Source: Candidatus Omnitrophota bacterium
GTDB lineage: Bacteria; Omnitrophota; Omnitrophia; Omnitrophales; Aquincolibacteriaceae
Reading direction: 5' to 3'
DNA: 64,000 nt
NCBI GenBank assembly: GCA_043803685.1
Contig: JAZDJU010000072.1
Span: 28,889-92,888, forward strand
Positions 57,118-64,000 of this stretch are shown here, piece by piece; positions within the stretch are counted from its first letter, which is position 1; every line of letters starts with the position of its first letter. The notes under the pieces are model-generated. The model saw only the letters and a program-made list of their open reading frames with translations, was not told the origin of the DNA and made no database searches. Both the position numbers and the translations under genes were made by a program.

Positions 57118-58404
57118 ATGAAAAAAATGACGGAGTTGGGGATTAGAACTTCCTTATTGGCGTTATGGCTATGTTCTCTGACTCTCTCTGTCTACGCGAT
57201 CGCACCCGAAGTCCTAAGCAAGGACGCTGGCGAAAATCGTCTTGTTCGTGGCGTTCCGGCAACAGGGTCAGAGACAGTAAAAGCAGGGATTGTTCCGGAA
57301 CAGAAACCAACCGCTTCGAATGATTTTCTTCACGGGGGATCGCCGCTTTCAAATCCCAATGATAAGACACCTCAGAACGAGGTGGATCTGACTTCTGTAA
57401 AGCCTCCTAGCGAGCAGGAGATCCGCGCGCTGGTTGACCAGGTTTTGTCCCGGATGGCGAATGCGGGACTCGGAGAAAATTTATCCAAGACTTTGAACTA
57501 CATCAGCAATGGGGATTACGCGGGCTTGACCGCTTTCCAAAAAGAGAATCCTGGTGTTATAAATGCATTCGCAAGCGCACTGCAGGATGTGTCGGCACCG
57601 CATATTGGGACTACTCCGATTGTGCTACCCAACGAGCCTCCAGTCTTTGCCGCGGGGGGCTTTGGGGTTTCGGACCCCGGTTCTAAGTCCGGCAATGATT
57701 ATATCAATCGTTGGTTGGCAGAATTTCGAAAAGTCCAGGCTCGGTTATCCGGTCCAGGTATGGGCGCAGATCGCCCGGAACTTCTCGTTAGTGAAGTCGC
57801 GAAGCTTTATCAGCCGATCGCAACCCGTATTTCGGAGGTAAGTAAAGACGTTGAAGAGGCGAGTCATTCTTTGAAGGGTTCCAATGGGAGAAGGACATCT
57901 TCCGATGATCTTTTGAAGGATTTTAGTGAGAAAGCCAGGAAAGCCATTGTGGATTCTCTCAGCCAAGCGCAGGCGAACCTTGCGGACGGATTACTTTCCA
58001 ATCCGATCGAGGCTACGGCATTTGCTTCCGAAACGGTCCCCGCATCCGGGGATGCCGGGGGGGCGCGTAAAATGTTGTCTCCGGAGCTGTATGCTAAACA
58101 CAGACAATATCGTGTAATCGACTCGGTTTTTATCGGAAAAGATTTTTCCTACGCACAGAAAATGCTTCATCCTCCGGCAAATCTCCACCCTTACCTGAAG
58201 TGGCTTCTCTATACGCGCAACCTGACTCCGCGCATGATGGAAAATTATCTTAAAACGCGTGAAGCCGCGATGACGCTCTACATGCGTGCTAAAGAGGGCC
58301 ATGGGAATATCCGATATAAGGGGCAAGTCTACGGCGCATTCCTTCCCTTCGCGGAAACCGCCGCGGGCAATTTCGAACTTGTGGAACCGGTCTCCGGCAA
58401 GTAA
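57118..58404 (+). CDS. Secreted hypothetical protein
   Basis: 428-aa ORF with signal peptide and DFLxxxxPLS motif; directly upstream of the kinase gene. Confidence 0.8.
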   Translation: MKKMTELGIRTSLLALWLCSLTLSVYAIAPEVLSKDAGENRLVRGVPATGSETVKAGIVPEQKPTASNDFLHGGSPLSNPNDKTPQNEVDLTSVKPPSEQEIRALVDQVLSRMANAGLGENLSKTLNYISNGDYAGLTAFQKENPGVINAFASALQDVSAPHIGTTPIVLPNEPPVFAAGGFGVSDPGSKSGNDYINRWLAEFRKVQARLSGPGMGADRPELLVSEVAKLYQPIATRISEVSKDVEEASHSLKGSNGRRTSSDDLLKDFSEKARKAIVDSLSQAQANLADGLLSNPIEATAFASETVPASGDAGGARKMLSPELYAKHRQYRVIDSVFIGKDFSYAQKMLHPPANLHPYLKWLLYTRNLTPRMMENYLKTREAAMTLYMRAKEGHGNIRYKGQVYGAFLPFAETAAGNFELVEPVSGK

Positions 58405-58431
58405 CCTCCGGGAGGTCGTGGAGGACTCCTT

Positions 58432-59994
58432 TTGCGGCGTTTTGTGTGGTTCTCACTACTGGTTGTCGGGATCTTTCTTTCCGTAGGCCCTTCCGTTTCT
58501 ATTGCCTCGACGCGAGAAGAGGCCCTTTCCCGTTATGAAAAGCTCATGTCGTTTTTGGAGCGGTCGGATCTCAGGGCCGATGCCTCGGGAGGCGTGGCGG
58601 AACGTATGGATTCCATTCACGAGGCTCTGACCCGGGCTGATTATGATGCGGCCGGTCGGCAGATCGACTCCCTGACGGGGGAACTGGAAAACGATCATGA
58701 TCCCCAGAAGAAAGATCTGGACAAGGAGGCCCGGCTTTACTGGTTTGAATTTCTTCTCGATGTTTTCCAGAAACTAGCCGTTCTGGGACTCCTGGCTTTT
58801 CTTCTGATACAGAACTCCAGTTGGCGGGCGGCGCTCAAAAGGAACAAGGTCCCGAATTCCACCCGTTTCGTCTGGGGGGTTCTGGCGGTGTTCGTGAGCG
58901 TGGTCTTCCGGGTGCTCGATCTCTCCCGCTATGGAGATTCGGTGTGGTCGATCTTTGATATGCAGGTTGTTTTGGCCGCGATCGCCGGATTGTTGATGGG
59001 GCCCTTTTGGGGTATTCTGAGCGGCCTTTTGATGGCGCTCCTTCGCCTCCTTTCGAAACCGGGTATTTTAGACGGCCCCGCGGTCGTTCTTGGCGCTGCC
59101 GCAATCAGTAGCTTTTTCTCGTGGGGTACGAATCCCTACATCCGTTCCGGGAAGAGAGGATTCGTTTGCGGCGCGCTTGTGGGATTGGCCCACGGATGCA
59201 CGGTCTATCTGCCTCTTGCGGGCATGCTGTCCCCGGGAAATATTATTTTCAGTATTGTCCTCGTGACTTTTTTGGAGGGGTTGGGAGTTGCGGTTTTTTT
59301 CTCGGTGATCTCAGTGGTCCTCCAGAGCGAACTCAAAAAAGATATGGAACATGAACTTCTGAGGACCCAGCTCTTGTTCCTGCAAGCACAGTTGAACCCG
59401 CATTTCCTTTTTAACGCGCTTAATACGATCGCTTCGGTCTGCGGTAAAGCGGGCGCCTCGACGGCCGAATCGCTTGTTGTCAAGCTCGCTGGCTTTCTCC
59501 GACATATTCTGAGCCGCCGGGAGGACCATGTGACCCTCCGGGAAGAATTGACTTTTATCGATACCTATCTCGACCTTGAAAAGGCAAGGTTCGGCGACAA
59601 GTTGAAGATCCACAGAGATCTGACATTGAACGACGCGGCATGGGCGGTCAAGATACCGCTGTTGATCCTGCAACCGCTTGTCGAGAACGCGATCAAGCAT
59701 GGGCTTCGTCCCAAACAGGGGGATGGCACGGTCACGATCTCTGGCAGGGTCGAGGGGGACGAAGTCGAGATCGCGATCACGGATGACGGTGTCGGAAAGG
59801 GGGCGGAATTTTTTTCGGACCTGCTTGCGGGCCGGACGGATAAAGTCGATGGAACGGGGATCGGTTTGAGGAACATTGAAGCGCGTCTCAGGAAACTTTA
59901 TAGTAAAAAGCAGGGGCTTTCATTCAGCGGAGGGCCGGGCCAGGGGACTTGCGTCAAGGTCCGTTTTCCGCTTCAACCCAGGAGAAATTCATGA
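58432..59994 (+). CDS. LytS/YehU-family sensor histidine kinase
   Basis: TM bundle; LQAQLNPHFLFNALNTI, EKARFG, LQPLVENAIKHG, DDGVG, GIGLRNI. Confidence 0.93.
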   Translation: MRRFVWFSLLVVGIFLSVGPSVSIASTREEALSRYEKLMSFLERSDLRADASGGVAERMDSIHEALTRADYDAAGRQIDSLTGELENDHDPQKKDLDKEARLYWFEFLLDVFQKLAVLGLLAFLLIQNSSWRAALKRNKVPNSTRFVWGVLAVFVSVVFRVLDLSRYGDSVWSIFDMQVVLAAIAGLLMGPFWGILSGLLMALLRLLSKPGILDGPAVVLGAAAISSFFSWGTNPYIRSGKRGFVCGALVGLAHGCTVYLPLAGMLSPGNIIFSIVLVTFLEGLGVAVFFSVISVVLQSELKKDMEHELLRTQLLFLQAQLNPHFLFNALNTIASVCGKAGASTAESLVVKLAGFLRHILSRREDHVTLREELTFIDTYLDLEKARFGDKLKIHRDLTLNDAAWAVKIPLLILQPLVENAIKHGLRPKQGDGTVTISGRVEGDEVEIAITDDGVGKGAEFFSDLLAGRTDKVDGTGIGLRNIEARLRKLYSKKQGLSFSGGPGQGTCVKVRFPLQPRRNS

Positions 59995-60752
59995 TCAAGG
60001 TTATGGTCGTAGATGATGAGGCGCCTGCCCGTGAGCGAATGGTCAGACTGATCGCCTGCAATCCCGGATTTAAAGTGGTGGCTCAGGCATCCGATGGAGT
60101 GGAGGCTCTACACCTACTGGAGGAGCATGCCGTGGATATCCTGTTCCTGGATATCGATATGCCCAGGAAAAACGGGATCGAGGTCGCGCTCGAACTTGCG
60201 GATCAAAATACGCCACCTCAGGTGGTGTTCGTGACCGCGCACGATGAATTTGCTGTGAAGGCGTTTGAGGCCCATGCGATCGATTATGTGCTGAAGCCTT
60301 TTGATGAGGAACGGATCGAGAAAACCTTTAAAAAGATCAAAGAGGCCGTGAGATTCAAACGATTGTCCGGACAAGAATGGGCCGCGTTCGGTGACGATTA
60401 TGCTTCGAAGGTCCAGAAGATCGTGGGACGACGCGTGAATTCCAAGGAGCGGATACTGATCGATCCCGCCGACGTTTTCTATTTTCATGCAAATCTGGCG
60501 ATGGTTGTGGCCTGTCTCGGGGACAAGGAATGGAACGTTACGCTGACGCTTGATGAGCTCGAACGGTCGTTGGGTCCTGCCCATTTTGCCCGATCCCACA
60601 GGGCCTATCTTGTGAACCTTGCCAAGGTCGAGAAAGTCGTCCCGATGTTCAATGAGAATTATGAACTTGTGTTGAAGGATAACGCCCACACGCATATTCC
60701 TCTCGCGCGTCGTAATGCCAAAGAATTCAAGAAAAAACTCGGTAATTGGTGA
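59991..60752 (+). CDS. LytTR-family response regulator
   Basis: VDDE.PAR, FLDIDMP, FVTAHDEFAVKAFE, DYVLKP, F.RSHRAYLVNL. Confidence 0.95.
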   Translation: MIKVMVVDDEAPARERMVRLIACNPGFKVVAQASDGVEALHLLEEHAVDILFLDIDMPRKNGIEVALELADQNTPPQVVFVTAHDEFAVKAFEAHAIDYVLKPFDEERIEKTFKKIKEAVRFKRLSGQEWAAFGDDYASKVQKIVGRRVNSKERILIDPADVFYFHANLAMVVACLGDKEWNVTLTLDELERSLGPAHFARSHRAYLVNLAKVEKVVPMFNENYELVLKDNAHTHIPLARRNAKEFKKKLGNW

Positions 60753-60757
60753 TTTTT

Positions 60758-60804
60758 CAGACCACAGACCACAGACCACAGACCACAGACCACAGACCAC
60801 AGAC
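60758..60804. repeat. Heptamer tandem repeat (CAGACCA)6+
   Basis: Six perfect copies plus a partial copy just after the LytTR stop. Confidence 0.9.
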
Positions 60805-60881
60805 AAAAACACTCCTTTTTGCTGCGGTAGCTTTTTAGCAGGGGCAGTCTGCCGTCTTCAGTCTGCCGTCTAAAACCCATC

Positions 60882-60932
60882 GCCGTTCGTAGCCTGTTCT
60901 CCTCCGTTCACGCCTCTTTTCCCGCCGCTAGT
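60882..60932 (+). promoter_or_regulatory. Putative LytTR binding boxes
   Basis: GCCGTTCGT (60882), TCCGTTCAC (60903), GCCGCTAGT (60924), 21-bp period. Confidence 0.7.
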
Positions 60933-60992
60933 CGCAATTCCTTCGCCCTATTCTTGCTTCTAGGGCATGCTCTCTAGTGGGAGGAACAGAAA

Positions 60993-61196
60993 ATGAAAAA
61001 CGAAACGGTAGGGGCGAAGAAGGTCGAGGGAAAAGCAGGGCTCAGCGCCGCCAGGTTGCCTTGGTGGGCCAAGGCCCTTATCGCTCAACAGATCGAGTCC
61101 TCTTTTCCCGCAAGTGCGTCTCATCATATTCATCATGGTTCTAAGTTTTGTCCAGAAAGTAGCGCCAAAATTCAAACATCCCAAGGAGGGAACTAA
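60993..61196 (+). CDS. Small hypothetical protein (67 aa)
   Basis: RBS GGAGGA; stop lies 1 nt before the next start codon. Confidence 0.45.
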   Translation: MKNETVGAKKVEGKAGLSAARLPWWAKALIAQQIESSFPASASHHIHHGSKFCPESSAKIQTSQGGN

Positions 61197-61197
61197 C

Positions 61198-64000
61198 ATG
61201 AAAACGCTCAAAGAGGTGCAGTGCCAAAAGAGGGTGGTTTGGAGTCTTGTGGTGATGTTCTCATTTTTGCAGATCGTGCCCACGGGGTGGGCGGCTACAC
61301 GGCCTGTGGCTGTGGACGAACTGCAGTTACGAAGTGTGCCCGGATCTGTCGATGCCTTGGCGAATTCGCCGGCGTCGCCGAAGCCTGCGCCGCAACAGGC
61401 CATTGGGTTTGTCGACAGCACGGCCTTTCAGCTCAATGACAATCCTTTGTCTCCGGCAACGGGTGCTGTCACATCGACGCTAGCAGCTGTGAAAAATCCT
61501 ATTGAGAAGGTCATTATCGGTCCGTCACGTGGTCCGATCGAGAAGGTAGTTGTGGGTCCGACTATTGAGCCGGTCCACATTGGTCCGTCGCCTGTAACGA
61601 ATCCGATTGAAAAGGTGATTGTCGGTCCGTCGCCTGTAACGAATCCGATCGAGAAGGTTGTTGTGGGTCCGTCTCCCGTGACGAATCCGATTGAAAAGGT
61701 GATCGTCGGTCCGTCTCCTGTGACGAATCCGATTGAAAAGGTGATCGTCGGTCCGTCACCTGTGACGAATCCGATCGAAAAGGTGGTCATCGGTCCGTCA
61801 TCTGTCGTTCCACCGGCGGTGCAGACGCATGTGGATGAGTTGAAGGAAGCTCTTGGCGAAAGGTTCTTAGTCAATGCACAGCTTCAAGCGGACGGGTCGT
61901 ATCTCGTTACAGTCAAATTTCTTGTAACCATTTCTGACGAGAACGGGCTCAGTGAAACACTGAGTGGAAGGAGCGGTCTGACGGAGATGAAATATAATCT
62001 TTCCTGGGACGGGATCCTGAACAAGGATTCTTTAAGAATGACTTTTTGGCTTGACGAAGCGGGGAAGGTGTTTCATCCGAAGGAGGAACTTCTCTTCAAC
62101 GGGATGGCATTGTTGAAGGGGGGGATGAATGACACGGAAACCCTAGCCTTCCTGGCAAGGGAGATCACGGTAATGAAAGTGGCTGCGGACGGCGCGGTTA
62201 CTATTCGCGTTCCGGGGCGGATGTATTTCAAGGTTTATCGGGATGAGGAAGGAGCTTTGCAAGTGGAAATGTACGTACAACTTCCCCCGGCGGTGCAGGC
62301 GTATGCAGATAAGCTGAAGAGCACTCTTGGGGCTGGGTACGATGTGACCGCAATGCTTCGAAGTGACGGGACGTTTCTTGTGAGGATCGAAAGGTCGAAT
62401 ACCTGCTCCGGGACGGGTGATGTGGGATGCAGCGACCAAAATGCGGGCCCTCAAGGGAGTTTCCGGTCCATGAAATTCAGTATTAGCAAGGACGGGAGTG
62501 TGAACTGGGATTCGATCAAAGCGTACTACAACGGGATGGAAGTGGACGGAAAGATGCTCTTTGGCGCGATGGGGGCTTTGGAAGCGTCCTTTCATCCTGT
62601 GGGCTCGGCTTGGATGCCGCCGTCCCAGACGTACATAGCCCGTTTAGTGGAGCTAGCGAGCCAGATCCGTGTGAAAGAATCGGGAGAGAATTTCCTTCGG
62701 TTTGATCACGACGGGAAGTCCTACAAGGCATCCCGGGATGCGAATGGAAATATCAAGCTGGACAACTGGCTTCCTCCGGCGGTGCAGGCGTATGTGGATG
62801 CGCTGAAGAAATCGCTAGGGGACCGATACGTCGTCGATACGATTCTGCAAGCGGACGGGACGTATCTTGTAAAGATGGCAAGGGTAACAAGAATTCCTGG
62901 CCCAATTACGGGGTCATATATCGACATTGTTTATCCTAACCGTCCTGGGGACTTTTTGAATTTGCAATTCAAGCTGACCCAGGATGGGAGTCTCGATAGG
63001 AGCTCCATCACAGCGTTTTACGGTGCGATCTACACACTCGATGCGGAGCTTCTTTTTGAGGGAATGAAGCTCTTGAAGCCGGGCGTGAACGATCAAGATG
63101 CTATGAGGCTGATGACCCAAATCAGTCTGAATTCTGAACTTTATACTCCCACCATCCCCGTAGCTGGGGAGATCGGCGCGATTCATTTTCTGTACATGGA
63201 AATTACGCCTTTGCCAAAGAATTACAGGGTGTACCGGGATGAGCAGGGGAATATAAAGCTCAAGGAGGAGCTTCCTCCTTCGGTTCAGTGGCATGTTGCT
63301 GATCTCCAGAAACGGATCGGTGCGGGTTTCAAAGTGATGGTGACAGGTCAACCAGGCGGGACGTATCTGGTCAGCGTGACGGACTCAAAAAACTATATCA
63401 CGGGGCCGACGAGCGGTTTGAAGGAGATGAGTTATCTCCTTCGTCCTATGCAGAACGGGTGGATCGATCCCACGACCCTACACGTTACTTATTATGGGAA
63501 TTCCAAGGTGGATACCCAACTACTTCTTCAGGCCGCTGAGTTGTTGACAAAACCGTTGGTCATGGGGATGGACTCAGTCGCATTGCTGGCCAAGATCGCG
63601 GTGATTAGTACAGATCAGGCCGGTGCGATCTATTTCTCGGTGGGAAATAAGAACTACAAGGCCTTCCGGGACGCGAATGGGAATGTGAAGTTGTTGGATG
63701 AGGCGGTTGCTACATCCATCGTTCGACCTGTTGCGAAGACAGCGGTGAAGACGGGCGGCCTAAAGGCCGAAGTTGTTGAGAAAACCAAGGCTGGAACTGT
63801 AGCTCTTGGTGTGTTGAAATCTCAGTTCGTTTCTTCTCGCAAGGTGTCTGCAAAGGTGCAGGTGCCTGGTGCGGAGAGTTCCACGAAGCAAGTTTCGACG
63901 GGTTTGAAGGCGGTCAACAGCCAGGGAAGTAAAGCGAGCGTATCTTCGGGTTCTGAGAAGGGAAGCGTGCTACTTAGCAAGGTTTTGGCTGAGGTAACGC
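61198..64000 (+). CDS. Large secreted repeat protein (3' end runs off the window)
   Basis: Hand-translated, absent from the ORF track. RBS AAGGAGG, signal peptide, 14-aa repeats, four ~160-aa PPAVQ domains; no stop seen to the window end. Confidence 0.88.
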   Translation, partial: MKTLKEVQCQKRVVWSLVVMFSFLQIVPTGWAATRPVAVDELQLRSVPGSVDALANSPASPKPAPQQAIGFVDSTAFQLNDNPLSPATGAVTSTLAAVKNPIEKVIIGPSRGPIEKVVVGPTIEPVHIGPSPVTNPIEKVIVGPSPVTNPIEKVVVGPSPVTNPIEKVIVGPSPVTNPIEKVIVGPSPVTNPIEKVVIGPSSVVPPAVQTHVDELKEALGERFLVNAQLQADGSYLVTVKFLVTISDENGLSETLSGRSGLTEMKYNLSWDGILNKDSLRMTFWLDEAGKVFHPKEELLFNGMALLKGGMNDTETLAFLAREITVMKVAADGAVTIRVPGRMYFKVYRDEEGALQVEMYVQLPPAVQAYADKLKSTLGAGYDVTAMLRSDGTFLVRIERSNTCSGTGDVGCSDQNAGPQGSFRSMKFSISKDGSVNWDSIKAYYNGMEVDGKMLFGAMGALEASFHPVGSAWMPPSQTYIARLVELASQIRVKESGENFLRFDHDGKSYKASRDANGNIKLDNWLPPAVQAYVDALKKSLGDRYVVDTILQADGTYLVKMARVTRIPGPITGSYIDIVYPNRPGDFLNLQFKLTQDGSLDRSSITAFYGAIYTLDAELLFEGMKLLKPGVNDQDAMRLMTQISLNSELYTPTIPVAGEIGAIHFLYMEITPLPKNYRVYRDEQGNIKLKEELPPSVQWHVADLQKRIGAGFKVMVTGQPGGTYLVSVTDSKNYITGPTSGLKEMSYLLRPMQNGWIDPTTLHVTYYGNSKVDTQLLLQAAELLTKPLVMGMDSVALLAKIAVISTDQAGAIYFSVGNKNYKAFRDANGNVKLLDEAVATSIVRPVAKTAVKTGGLKAEVVEKTKAGTVALGVLKSQFVSSRKVSAKVQVPGAESSTKQVSTGLKAVNSQGSKASVSSGSEKGSVLLSKVLAEVT
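61582..61800 (+). repeat. Coding 42-bp tandem repeat x5 (GPSPVTNPIEKVIV)
   Basis: Five contiguous units with mostly synonymous variation; degenerate units upstream from about 61495. Confidence 0.9.

Noticed and set aside
61495..61800. Possible CRISPR array
   Set aside because: Repeats are contiguous 42-mers with no spacers and mostly synonymous variation, so they are coding; no cas genes are present.

Overview
Bacterial chromosomal window, mostly + strand. The giant secreted protein, the run of B12-radical SAM genes and the PilT suggest a PVC-superphylum organism such as Omnitrophota; this is inference, as no marker gene is present. From left to right: a cluster of periplasmic hydrolases and outer-membrane proteins (1-8.4 kb); murB and an SDR gene; a duplicated family of small secreted Cys-pair repeat proteins beside an ECF sigma/anti-sigma/Spy module with two matching GGAACTT-N16-GTCTwA promoters; hrcA-grpE-dnaJ without dnaK; gpsA; a FadL-like porin. 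Next is a 15.4-kb gene for a 5121-aa secreted protein with JAB-like, Ig-like, YD/MORN-like, beta-1,2-glucanase-like, CBM, ILEI and C39-like domains, a double-glycine site, a hydrophobic region and a C-terminal alpha/beta-hydrolase. It is followed by a probable immunity gene, a Y1/RAYT transposase bounded by inverted repeats, and two YwqK-like MORN proteins. The right third holds a B12-radical SAM/glycosyltransferase cluster (one member lacks all three Fe-S cysteines), an atypical PilT, an AOX-like di-iron protein, a ~360-nt highly structured non-coding element, splB-like and rlmH genes bracketed by CTAG-ended palindromes, and a LytS/LytTR pair with 21-bp-periodic LytTR boxes upstream of a large repeat protein that runs off the end. 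No rRNA, tRNA or CRISPR array was seen. All family assignments come from motifs recognised by eye, not from database searches.
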